The translations under genes were made by a program, and so were the position numbers. The notes under the pieces were generated by a model, which saw nothing but the letters and a program-made list of their open reading frames with translations, did no database searches and was not told where the DNA came from. A stretch of 64,000 bases of DNA from Entomortierella parvispora E1425 (lineage: Eukaryota > Fungi > Mortierellomycota). Positions 1 to 12,411 of the stretch are shown in pieces. The stretch spans positions 992,001 through 1,056,000 of the forward strand of contig BQFW01000002.1 of the NCBI GenBank assembly GCA_020891255.1, written 5' to 3'. Each line of letters opens with the position of its first letter. The stretch's first letter is position 1.

Positions 1-1328
1 GGCGCTCGCTGGGACTACGGGCGGATGCGGATGGGTCCAGCACTCCAAGGGACACAAGGCCTTGTATGGTAATGATGGTGTTGGTGGTTTGTTCATTCTA
101 CTCTGCCTGGATCATTCGGCCTCCTGGCTCTTTTGCTTTCTCTTTCCTCTCTCTCCCTCCCTCTCTTCTCTCTCTTTCCTCGCTTGGATATATTCATTTC
201 TCTTTCCTTCTCGTAACTCATTCGCAGACCTTTCACCCTTCTCTCTGCTCCTATTCCGCCTTCCTATCCCTCACCTCTGATTTTGATGATCGGAATACAT
301 CTATAGCAAACAACCTGGATGCCATTTCCTATTGACTTGTTCAACCCCCCACAGCCATTCGCCTTATTATCATATCTGGGGCGTACTTGAGTACCACACT
401 CCCCTTCACCCATATCACGTATGTATTCATACCCCAGGCAGGACTTCCGCTCTCGACGGTTCAGTACTGCTCCGGGTCTGCAAACCCTTCACCTGCACCC
501 CTTCTGCTTCTGGCTTACTGCCTTTGCACAAGCGATACACCCGAGACGCCTCCGCGCGTCTAGGTTGTGTAGGCTATTTCTGGCTCCCCATGGCCCCGCC
601 CTTTTCTTTTACTTGTCTAGTATATGGCCTCACACGCGTGTTTCCTTATTCACTCACTGGGTTCAGGATGACCATGGAGATGTGTCAGCACGACGCGCTT
701 GGTTGTCTGTCCAAGTTGTCACTCTGCTATTTTTTGGTTGTTGAGGCTCAACCTCCTGGCGGTGTGTCCTCCCGGCAGGTTTTGAGCTTGCTGTTTCTAT
801 TCTGCGTGCTCGCAGGCGCTCTTACTCTATCTCTTTCTCTCTGTCACTCTCTTTCTCCTCCTACGTGCCGCTCTCTCTGTCTCTCTCTCTCTCTCTCTCC
901 TTCTCCTGTCGAATTATTTAACCCATTTGGGGAGTCGTCGGTGCGAGCCATTGTCTCCTGAAAAACCCATTTGTCCTCCACGTTGGAGAGAGAAGCTCAT
1001 TTTTTTTCTGCAAAGGACAAACACGCCAAGCGCGTTCAAACCTACAAACAAACATGGTTTTTTTTTCTTTTCGTCCATTCATATTTTCTCTCGCTCTGTT
1101 GTCTTTTTATATCCTTCCAGTTCTCTTTTGACCTATCAATCGGCTTTGGACTTGTGTGCCTTTTTTTTTATCCCATGCAACGCTGTACCTTGTGTCCCTC
1201 TGTTGCCGATATCTCAATACCCCGCCCACTTCACAACACAACAAATGACAAAAAAACAGCACTACCAACAACATCTCGAGTCCAAAAAGAGGTTGATGCA
1301 GCTTTTGAGAACTAACCCATGCCGTTCC

Positions 1329-1330
<2 letters not shown>

Positions 1331-1374
<44 letters not shown>
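1331..1374. repeat. (CT)22 microsatellite upstream of the cyclin ATG
   Basis: Read directly. Confidence 0.95.
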
Positions 1375-1377
<3 letters not shown>

Positions 1378-1722
1378 GCCCTGGCATCTTCCTCTTCTCC
1401 TTCCTGTCCCTAGTTTTCTTGAAATCCGTCCCAACTTGTGCGACCATCGAGTCCGGAGCATTTTTTTTAACCCTCTCTTCTTTACCTCTCCCGCTCTGTC
1501 GTACACCATTCATTCACCTCATATCTGCAACCATTCCAGCTCGATCCTCATAAGCAACCCTTCTTGATCCGATACCCTTTCCTCCCTCACTTCACTGCTC
1601 TTGCGCCTCGCATTCACTCTCTCACACACAGAGCGCGTACCTTTTCTCCGTTCCTCTCTCTCTTACTCTCTCTTCCCCTTCCTCCGTTCATCCTTCTCGA
1701 TCTTGACCACAAGCACACCAGT

Positions 1723-4700
1723 ATGAACGGCATCATCCGAGTCGACTCCCACCAGGGATTGGTGATGAACATGAAGAAGAAGCAACAACAACAACAACAG
1801 TCGACCATCGAACACTCTAGTCCTTCTTGCAACACCAACAACAGCATGAGCAATGCCAATGGCAAAACATATCAGCAACAGCAACATGGACGAGGAGGAC
1901 AGCGACCAACACTCAACAACGTCTCCTCGATGAGTCTGAACCCTCACACAGCACCTATTTCTGCAGTTGTTGCACCCTCCATGATCAGTAACGCGATGAC
2001 AAGCACTATCGGTTGGGCCAAAGATGAGACGGACAAGCTGCTTGAGCTTGAATACAAGGAAGAGATCTTTCAATATATGAAGCAAATGGAGGTAAGAAAA
2101 ATGAGACTCACACTCCTGTTACAACACTCTCATTTTTTTTGGTTATTTCCTTCTACCCTTTCTTTCCCTTCATCCTGTCCGAGTTTCCCCCAATTGCTCA
2201 TTCGACCGTGTCAAGTTTGCAGCACCATTTGCACTCGCACCCCTGAGACCAAAGCACTGACCAGACCCGAGGCAGACGGTTGGGCTGACTGACGGACATG
2301 GGGTTGTCAGCCAGTCCTGTCAATGTGTCTGGGTAGTCGCGCAGTGGATCTTCGTCTTTTTTTGTCCCTCCTTCCCCTTGCATGCAGCCGCCCCCCCGTA
2401 TCCTTGGCTTCCCTTTCCTTTGGTCCCCCTCCCCTTCCTTCTTTCCTTCCTTCCTTCTCTTGTCGTTCCGCCATTGGGTTGTATCATCATGATCTGCTTG
2501 TATCCTTCTTTACTTCGAACCAATCCCTCACTTCGTTTATCCGCCTTCGACGCAAAAAGAGGAAAAAAAACATCAACAATAATCTTCCCGGCAATCATGC
2601 ATGCAGAATTCGTTATGCCTGCCTGATCTGCCCCTCAGTTCGTCACTGTTGACGTCTCTTTTGGACTCTTGTCCTCTCTCTTCCCTTTCCCCCCTTTTTT
2701 TTGTACTTTTTGGGGCATCGCATGCCTGTCATGCCTTTCGATCCCATTGACACCCAACCCAACCTTCTGACATTCCCCTGTTTTCCCTACCCTTTTGTCC
2801 CCCTCCTTCTTTCTTCCAACAAACAATCACAGTCTCTTCTGTCTCTGACGCAACAAACTAAAAAAAAATATGACGATCTTTTTCTTTTTTAGAAAGAAAC
2901 GATGGCCGTGCCTGAGCATATGGACCTTCAGCCAGAACTCACCTGGGATTTGAGACCTCTGTTGGTCGACTTTCTGATTGAGATTCATGCCCACTTTTTG
3001 TTGCAACCTGAGACACTCTACTTGGCCATGAACATGATGGACCGGTATCTGTCCAAGCGTGTGGTATACAAGAAGCATTACCAACTCGTTGGCATGACTT
3101 CGCTCTGGATCAGCAGCAAATACGAAGATTCCAAGGAACGGCTACCATCCGTGAACCAATTGTGCAAGCTGTGCAGTAATACATACGATGAGGCCGCCTT
3201 CATCACGATGGAGCGCCATATTCTCAAGACGTTGGATTACGGTCTTGGCCACCCAACTGCAGAGGCGTTCCTGAAGAAGGATTTGGAGGTCTCGGGCCAG
3301 GATGACTCGAGACTGCGTCATGTGGCTCAATTCCTGATGGAATTGACCATGTTCACGCGATGCTTTCTCTCCTTTGGTTCGTCGACTATTGCGGCCAGTG
3401 CTCTGTTCCTGGCCAGAAGCATCTGCGGGCATCCTTTGGTGGTAAGTGTATGTCTGTGGGCATTTTTATTGGTCCCTCCCCCCTACCCCCTTACAAGGAG
3501 GAGAAGGGGAGGGGATCCCTCTTTTGTTTCAACAGCAAAGACCCTGCATACTTATTCCCGTTGTTTTTTTTTTGTGTTTTTTTTCTTCCATTTGCAGATC
3601 CCCGAGGATCCAAACGCGTTTGATTGCATCCGGTATTTGGATAACAGTCTGACCAACGTCTCCAAGACAGTGCACGAGAAATACGCGCGTCAAAGGCTGT
3701 CCCAGGCCAGTATAGTGGTCAAGGATTGGGTGGATGCTGGAGGACGGGCTTTGATCCAGCCCATCTCGACCGAGAGTGGACCCAACAATATCTGGACCTT
3801 GTCCAACATGCTTTGGCAGCCACCTTCGCCCATCCCAACTACCTTTCCTACCCAAGGAACCATTGGTCACACCCCCACAACGGCAGCGACAACGACGGGG
3901 GCAACGGCAGGTACTGCTAATAACGGCACTGCCAACACAGCCACTGCCGCCTCGACCACAAATGGAGGTGCTACCGCACAGACCATGACCACAACCGTGA
4001 CCACAACGACGACAACCACGGCCACCGGTGTTGCCGTTGCGACTACCTCGTCCATGACAACGACGGGTGGATCAGCGACCGCAGCACCGTCCTCTGCTGT
4101 CGAGTCCTCTCGGGATGATTTCACTGCCTACAACAATGGCGGCAATGCTGCAGGTTATGGTCACACACAACCGCAACACAACCACCATCATCACCCATCA
4201 CAGGCACAGCATTCTCAACGGTCAACGTCCACATCTCAACAACAACAACCATCTTCACACCAGATGCACTCTGGTCGCCATCACAGCCACTCGGCCTCTT
4301 CAATACATTCCCAATACGCACCCAATAATACTATCTCGTCATCACACCACCACCCATCACAACAACATCACCACCACTCCTCACAACAGCAACAGCAACA
4401 ACATCAGGCTTCTCATTATACCCATCCTCACCACCACCAACAACAACAGCAGTCCCACCATAATACTCACCATAATACCAGCCACCACCACCACCACCCA
4501 CACTCACACCACCATCATCAAAGGACAGGGTCCAGTCTCTCGGCCCATCATGTGAGTTACGCAACATTGCCTCAACAACCTCAACCGGCCGTGATCACGC
4601 ACCAGACCACCTACGATATCCGGTCCTCGGCTACCTCAATGATCGTCGCCCCTTCGTCCGTATCCTCGTCTCATTCCGTGCACTCTATCGTAGGGTCGCT

Positions 4701-4749
4701 GTCGGATTGTGGCGGCTCAAGATGGGTGGATATCAACATGGACATGTGA
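1723..4749 (+). CDS. G1-type cyclin (Cln/Puc1/Ccn1-like) with long Thr/Gln/His-rich disordered tail; exons 1723-2091, 2893-3441, 3598-4749
   Basis: Cyclin box LRPLLVDFLIEIH...ETLYLAMNMMDRYLSKRVVYKKHYQLVG...SKYED; the RVVYKKHYQLVG motif is typical of fungal G1 cyclins. GTAAG donors at 2092 and 3442 and TAG/CAG acceptors at 2892 and 3597 keep the frame (YMKQME|KETMAVPEH). Confidence 0.9.
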
Positions 4750-4982
4750 GCCCCCCTCCCACTCCCTCCTCTTCCAACCTTTCGTATTTTTTTTCCAGGT
4801 CAATAAAAAAATATGAGAAACTTTTTTTTTTGAAAAAAAAAAAAAAAAAAAAAAAGAATGAAATCCTTTCAGTGGTGTCATGGTGAGGAAAGACAGTGTA
4901 TTATGAGGTAAACAAATGAGTGCGATGGTATAAGTGAATGGATAGTATGGAGGATAGCAAAAGCGAGGAGAGCGATGGGGTT

Positions 4983-6712
4983 TTACTTTGGCACCCTGGC
5001 CTTACCACCCACGCGAAGCTTCAAGATGAACAACACGATAGCGCCGGCCAACATGATGCCACCAATGAAAGCAATCGCGCCTTTGTAAGCGTGGTTGCCA
5101 TTGGTCTCTCCACCTCCCAGACTCGACAAGATCGCGGCGGCGATCGGTGTTCCCGTCATGGAGCCGACACCATTGACGCCAAAGGTCACGCCGACCAGGA
5201 TGGTCAACGAACCCATTCCAAACTGTTCAGCCAAGACAGGAGCCAACAAGGAGATGAAGCCACCGCCCAGCAATCCGTAGAGGATCGAAAACACAATCAT
5301 AACAGGGAGCGTCGTGGCAAACATCCAGACCAAGAGTGTGGTCAATGCACTGGCCAACACACAGACCAGACACAGGTTCACCAACCCGAAGCGGTCTCCA
5401 AACACGCCTCCAGTAAACCGACCAAAGAACGAAGCTCCGTTCAAGAAGGAGTTGAGCATGGCTCCCTGAGCCTGGGACAAACCGTGATCCACCGCGTAGG
5501 CTAGAAAATACCAATCATGAGAGGGGGAAAAAAAAGAGTCAGAAAAAAAGAAACTATTTTTTTTTGTTTCTTTTTTCGATCGAGATGAAAAAGACAAGAT
5601 TAAAAAGGGAGGGGCACTTACAAGGCATCAAGTTCAAGGGCGAAAAGTAACCAAAAGAGGTCAACAAGACTCCTCCGAGCAGAATCAAGAAGTTGGGTCT
5701 CTTCATGGTCTCCACATCCTTCATGGACACATTCACGGCCGCGGCTCCATTGACCGAGAATTGTCGGATGAACGTACCACAGGTCGCCATGCAGCAAAAG
5801 ACCACGATCGCCAACACACGCAAGCACCAGCGGAATCCGATGGCGGCATTCAGTTTTTCAATGAGAATCGAAAAGACCAATCCTCCAATACCTGACCCGG
5901 AGATGCCGATTCCAGAGGCCATGCCTCTCCGGACCACAAACCATTGAGCAGGAGCTGACAAAACACAGGGGTTGGCCATTGCTGCACCCAACTATTAAAA
6001 GGGTCAAAGAGATTGGCCAGATCAGAACAGTGAAAATTAGAAAGGATGCAGGGGTTGACAACTTGATATTGTAATGAGGAGAGCAGACTTACACCGTAGA
6101 GAATACCCTGGGTGAGGTAGAGATGACTGACCTAATAGAGAAAAGCGAAGTTGCAATATCAGAAACTCTGCTGGCCAGCGCAAACTGCCCTTCTCTCTTC
6201 TTTACAAGTATTGGCAGTCCCACTGTGTTTACCTGTGTCGCAAACGAAGCTCCTACGAGACCACCGGCGACCAAAATGGACCCTGTGAGGACCATGCGAC
6301 TGTATCCAATCTTGGCTGCAAACAGTGAGAACACTCCTCCAGCGATGTACATGCATCCAAAGGCCAAGGTACCGATCCAGGAGACGGCCGAGACTTGACC
6401 TGGGAAGACATCAGTCGTGTACAATTGCTGAAAGATACCCCAGGAGAACATGACGCCGAGCATGGAAAAGTTGTTGAGGAAGCAGGCTCCAACCACGACC
6501 CAGCCATAGCCACCATCGGGGGGACCTGCATGGGTAGCGGTCATGGCCTCCGTTTGATCTGTGGGATCGGCAATGGTAGAATCCTCTCTCAAATCCTTTC
6601 CATAAACGGAATTGGCTTGTGAGGAAGGGAGTGTCTCATCTTTCGGATCGGGGATTGAGATTCCTGTGGCTGCAGCCATAGAGGGGATTGAAGATCTGTC
6701 CTTCTCGTCCAT
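4983..6712 (-). CDS. MFS transporter, monocarboxylate porter (MCT/Mch) family; exons 6712-6233, 6131-6093, 5991-5622, 5500-4983
   Basis: Signature PPDGGYGWVVVGACF; multiple hydrophobic helices; GRFTGGVFGDRFG MFS loop motif; GT-AG introns join the ORF fragments in frame. Confidence 0.9.
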
Positions 6713-7830
6713 GGTTATTGCCTTTAGTTGTTCACTGTTTCACGGGATGTGGAGAAAGAAAGGAGGGAGGCAGACGAAAGAGGACCTTGTGTCAACAGGT
6801 GTGTGGTTTGTGTTGCAAAAAGGGCGTAGGTCAGCGAATGCCAATAGACTCGAACGAGCGAAATGAGTGAGATGAATGAACAGCTCAGTGGAAGAATGGA
6901 GGAAGAGGGGGGATGAGGCAGCGACCAGAAGGAATGAAGGAGAAAAGGAGAAAAGAAAGCGGGAGGATGTACCTCTTTATAGACTACAAAGCTCAATCCT
7001 CGGTTGCAGGCCGGACCCTCAAAACAACCAGCGGTTAACCTAAAACATCGCATGCCATTTGTCACCTAGAGCGCCGATCCAAAAAAAATATGAAAAAAAC
7101 TGGGTTCTGTTCAGGATCCCTGTCTCTGCCCCTGTCTCTCCGCATTTGCTTGGTCTCCAGTCTTGACCAGAAGGAAAAGAGACTGAGAGAAGGAGTACCT
7201 ACATCCACCGTTGATGTATCTCAAGGAAAGCAAAAACGAAGCAAGAAAACCCCGCGGTTAAACCAACAAGGATCACTGCCAAAAAAAAAAAGGCGGGGAA
7301 TAAATCAAGCATTCCCTGGGACTTCACGCATCGGCAGACCAGAGAGAAAAAAGCGGGCTACGTCGTTAATGTCGATCACCTCGCAGACTTAGGTTCATTG
7401 TTGAGCAGAGCAAGGAGTCGGTGGCTGCGTCACGCGTTCCGTGGCGGATGGCACTTCGCCACCAAATTCGGCATTGGATAATGGGCGCGTTCATTGGTTC
7501 TTTCTGGGCTTGCTACCTTTTGTCAAGATGCATCATATTGACCGGCTTGAAGTACACGGTTGTTTACGGATTTGGTTTCTTTTTATACAAGCATGAAGAG
7601 TAAAAAGTCGATGATGAGCAAATACACTCATACCGGAAGGAAAAAAAAAATACGAAGGGCTTTGAACTATTGCGACAGGATTGCTTTGACCTGGTCAGCA
7701 TTTTCCAGCTCTTTGACAGGCAAAAACAGTTGGTGGCATCGAGTGTCAACAACGACAACGACGACGGCGAAATCCAGGCGAGACTTGATGGAGGACGACA
7801 TACGTTACAAAGCGAGGCTTTATAGAATAT

Positions 7831-8547
7831 CTAGGCGCGTTTGGGGTTGAGGGGTGAATCCTTCCACAACTGGGCGACTTTCTTGAAGGCCTCCTGGAAT
7901 GTGCAATGATTGTCCATGTGCAGATCATTGCAGAATTGGTTGAATAAACCACCCGTAAGGAGAAGAGGATGGCCATTGGGGACAGATAAAGAGATCATTG
8001 GGTTAGTCAAATGATGGCAAAGAGGGCGTAATAATGCCCAAGAAAAGAGATAAAACAAATCCGAAAGGTGGCTTCTTTTCCTTGCTGGTAAGCAAAATCC
8101 ATGTTACGATGCGAGCAGACGCTAGCCGATTCTCCTTTTCCCAGCCCTTTCCTGTCTGCAAAGTCGGTTCTAAACAGAAGGGCTCATCCGCAAATACTGT
8201 TCCTCGGGAGAGAAACGAGTTGGTAGATAGCTTTACCTTGTGTTCGACGTTTGGATGGGCAGCCTTGAAGGTGGGGAGTTCAGTCTTCATGAACTCGTTA
8301 TAGGCGGACATCTTCTTCTTGGGGGCTAGAGAAAAAGATTAAAACGCAGATAGACGTGTGAGGTCGAGAGCAATGCCGAGTAGAGGGGAGAAGAGGCATT
8401 CGATGTCTTCGCGTTTTTCTATCTGTCAAGAGCTGCGGGTCCCTCATTGTGTTATCAATGTTATTGCTGAAGTCAAAGCGACAACTTACGGGCCTTGGAA
8501 GTGGCAGTCTTCTTTGGGGGGATAGCGGCAGCCTTGACCTTTGGCAT
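7831..8547 (-). CDS. Small (69 aa) YABBY-like HMG-box protein; exons 8547-8490, 8325-8237, 7893-7831
   Basis: Spliced product MPKVKAAAIPPKKTATSKAPPKKKMSAYNEFMKTELPTFKAAHPNVEHKEAFKKVAQLWKDSPLNPKRA resembles the YABBY/HMG pattern SAYN.F.K.E...K...P...H.EAF...A..W; canonical GT-AG sites, 210 nt total. Confidence 0.85.
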
Positions 8548-9416
8548 TTTTATAGTGGTTACTTGAAAAAGGGGGCTTGGGTGGTTGTTGAGATGGGAAT
8601 CCGATGAAGAGCGATGAGCACACGAAAGGAATGAGGCAGGTGAATGAGGGATGAAGAAAAAGGGAAAGGAGAGAGAGAAAAAAAAAAGAAAAGAGCAGAG
8701 GAAGAAGAGAGGCGAGAACGAAGAAACGAAGAGGGGGACGACCAAAAAGAAGCTGGACCCCCTCCTCTTTGTCCTTTTTCCCTGCTGCCACATCCACCAG
8801 TCGGGAGTGTTGTTGTTGTGTCTGTGTGCCTGTGTCTGTGTCTGTGCTGTCTGTGTGTCTGTGTGGTGCGTGATGCGCCATGGAAAGCACCAATTGCTTG
8901 CCGACGGTAGGGTGACTTTGGCTCGCTCCTCGAGGGAGGAGCGAGGGGGAGAAAGAAAACAATAGGGCAGGACAGGACAGGACACGACAGGACCATATGA
9001 TGCTCTCTCTCCCTCTCCCTCTCTCTTTTTTTCTGTTGCTTTGTTTCCTTTGTCTGTCTGCCCAATCGAGACGATACGATGGATGGATGGAGAGATACAC
9101 ACGACAAATGGTGCCACGAACTCTCTTCTTGCTCTGGGTTGGGTCCGTCAGTCGGGTTTCTCACCCGCAACCCTCCCTCATCCGTTCCCTTCTGTGCTCT
9201 CGCCTATCCGCACTCCTGCCATCCCAACAGGCCGTGCCAATATGGCACACTGCCACGTTCCCGCGACATGAGCACAATCCATTCTAAACAGAGTCTCGAC
9301 CGCGTGTTTTCCGCCGTTCACTGGTCAAAATTTACATGAAACACGCGCCATATGAAAGGCCAGTACGGCACGCTGTACCTGCGGTGCTATGGCAGAAAGA
9401 GAGGGAGCTAGACTAA

Positions 9417-12034
9417 CTAAATGACTTCGTCCACCATCGCTCTCAGCTTCGAGACGGCCTCAAGGGTGCTGAGAAGGTCCTCTTCTCCACTAACAAAGTC
9501 TTCGGGCGACCAGTCGGCCGGCTGACCAAACCCCAAGTGTGGATTGTCACTGAAGCGGCCTGCCCAAGACTCCTGGTACATCTAGAGGAAACAGAGTCGT
9601 CAGCTCGTTGGTCTTCTGTCTTGTACAACGGTATCAAACAACGCTCTACAGCTTTCAGGCATACCGAGATAGAGTACACCTGTGCATCCGGTGTCTGCTC
9701 CAGGACAGCGATTTGACATGGCCTGAACAACCTCTCAAGACTCCAGAAATACTCTGATTTCAGTTCGTATATCCAAGATCCGCAGGTGAAGAGAGTCTTT
9801 TGTTCACGTCGCACACGCTTCAGTTGAATATTATCCGTGTTGGAGTATGAGAGTCGATCAGTTCTAACGTTTTAGAATAAACGAGGTCAGCCAGCGGTCG
9901 CCATGAAGTTAAAACAAAAGTCTCGTCTTCGCATCATTACCGTGGGTCGAGTGAGAGCTTGTGCACAAATTCTCCTTCCAGGCCAAACTTCTCGCAAGGC
10001 AGTCGTCTCCCAGACACAAGTACCCAGTTCCAAGAGAGACGCCTACTCAATCAAATATAGTCAGTTTACGATTGCCCCACAAGAAAAATAGAAGCTGATA
10101 ATAATAGGACCTACCTTTCTGAAGAGACGACTCTGATATCCATAGGAGTAACTTTGTCCACTAACGCATTCCATAGAGCAACCTTTCCATCTGGGCGAAA
10201 GGTGACTTCCAGCTCCACTTGATCAGGGTCTTGGTTGACTGCCTGCGCTCTTTTGAGGATGTCAAACGACCACATAGCCTCAGGTCGCATGGCCTGGAGT
10301 GGGTCTGATACTTGCAGCCTGTTTAAAAGACGTTCAAAGACCGCTTTGTTCGACGTTATATATGGGTTGAACTCGGATATCAAACGGCTTGTTTGGATGA
10401 TCCTGGTGTCTGCTTCCATGACGTTCCATTTGTCGCTATGCGGATATGTCCTGAGGCCGACCAGACCGATCCTACATAATATCCACGTTAAAAAATATAT
10501 TACATACATGCAAACACTCCTCTAATGGGCCCAGTGGGCTTCGGTAGTGCATACCTGAGTCGCATTTTATAATCCCTATTCAAAAGCTGGGCGATTTGCA
10601 GGGACTCCAAGATCTTTCGACGAATCCGAGAAACATTGTTGATAGTCATTTTCCCGATCCACTCCAAGACTTTGACTTCGTCACTTGATAGATTTGGGTT
10701 GTCGCTTGAGGATATCAAACCTGCGTCAATTTGAGACAGATCTTCATAATGGCCAAGGATTCTAGCCTTCAAGAACATGAGCGGATTGATGTTCTCTGGA
10801 GGTCTTGCAAGGGTAGGCGGCAAGCTGATGTACTTAATAGGGCTCTCGCCCACCCTACATATCTGCACAGGTTTTGAGGGCCTCTCAAGGACGTGCAAAA
10901 TAGGCGGGTCGGAAGACATTTTCCGTTTCTAAATAAGCACATAAACCGAGATGTTCAGGTGACAATGATCCTATGGACGCGTAAAGTTCGGATTTCTGAG
11001 CATAGCTATCAAGAGACGAGGCGAACCTGGATCATGCAAAAGTTCAGAATGCGATTCATGGCTGTTTCTGAGCGACCTTCGTTGTGTCCAGCTACAAAAA
11101 TTTTCTAATGAAGACAAAAGTCATTCAGTCATTGTTCTGCACCCAGTCGATACAATGCCAATTAGAAAAGAAACTCACCACATCCTCGCGCAATTTCTCC
11201 ATCCAAATGAACGACTCAAACTCGGTTCTGATGCCATTGAGTGCTTGCAGGTTACCGCCTAACATAAAGGACACTGACATTTCTTTCGGCCAAAGGAAAG
11301 AAAAAACAAAAGGGAGAATTTCCGTGGGCTGTCCCAAGTATTTTTGACTTTCTTGCTCCCTCCTTTCAGCACGTTCTTTCTTCTTTCTTTCGGTAGGGGT
11401 AAGCTCACGTTCCGGTTTCGCCCATCCTTTAGATCGTTTCGCCCTGACCTCTCCTTTGTGATGCTTAGAGTAGAATTAATCCAGGTTGCAAGGTCAGCTT
11501 CAAGGTGAACGGTCGCCTTAGACTCGAATAAACAAAATACTTCAATATTGGCCAATGTACCTCCAAGTAATACTCTGCTGCAACTCTCAGGGCATTCTTG
11601 GCGTCAACGATGCACTCGGGCGAGCCCCAAAGATTGACTCTCTAGTAGAAAGAGATGGATCAGCGTGCGGAGCAAACCTCGGGGAATTTTATCATTTCAT
11701 CACTGTGCAGCACAGTACCTCTTCAAACAGGGCCAAGTGTGTCGAGGTATTTTGACCGATATGCTCCAACTGGCCACGAATGACATCCATTGGGCAATAA
11801 GCAGGGATCTGTTCATGAGTAGAATGACAGCAGTGAATGAGCTTGCAATAGAGAAAAGCGCGTTGCCCTGGCAGACGAAGCTCGAGCCAAAGCGGTAAAG
11901 CCACTTACGAACCAGCAGTCGTCACAGGGTGCGGGTTCCTGTGTCTGGTTGGTGGTGGCGTGTTCCTGCTGGGTCTCCGTGGTGGTTGGGGGTGAACTCT
12001 GCCATTCCAATGCTCGTTCGTCGTCGGAATCCAT
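9417..12034 (-). CDS. Uncharacterised 618-aa protein, 10 exons (12034-11909, 11808-11719, 11641-11561, 11463-11179, 11104-11027, 10928-10555, 10471-10115, 10042-9941, 9863-9665, 9581-9417); possibly degenerate KH-like folds
   Basis: Nine GT-AG introns stitch many short ORF fragments into one open frame of 1857 nt from ATG 12034 to TAG 9417. Segments such as IRGQLEHIGQNTSTHLALFEERVNLWGSPECIVDAKNAL and KIFVAGHNEGRSETAMNRILNF look like alpha/beta KH-type repeats (inference). Confidence 0.75.
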
Positions 12035-12411
12035 TTGGGCAGCAGGTATATCAGGAGAGTAAGGTGGATGGTCGGTGACAGGGGACTGAGAATGGAACAA
12101 GGAAAAAGGAGGAAACAAAAGAGAGGCTTCCTTCATTCATGAATGCATTCATTCGAGACGGCGTTTGTGCGCTGTTGCCACCGAATTGTGCCCCTGGCCT
12201 GCCTGGCTGTGGCTTTTCTTTTTCTCTCTTCAGTCATTGCTCCTTGGGCCATGGGCAGTTTGCACTCTTAGCACGTTCGCGTCCATTCATCCATCTGTTC
12301 ATCCATTCATTCTTTGTATCGCTTCGATTTCCTCAATCTCGCGTCCCATTGTCAACACTGCTGCCCTGATCCATTACCGCACGTGTGAGCCTCCAGGACG
12401 AGCTTGGAACC

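Noticed and set aside
1-330. Possible gene end or start at the window edge
   Set aside because: Several frames are open but none is recognisable; too little context.
2398-2510. GTATCCTT words resembling U12 5' splice sites
   Set aside because: They lie inside a GTAAG-initiated intron and are not needed for the cyclin frame; no matching U12 branch point identified.
4938-5504. 188-aa plus-strand ORF
   Set aside because: Antisense to the MFS transporter's last exon; no independent features.
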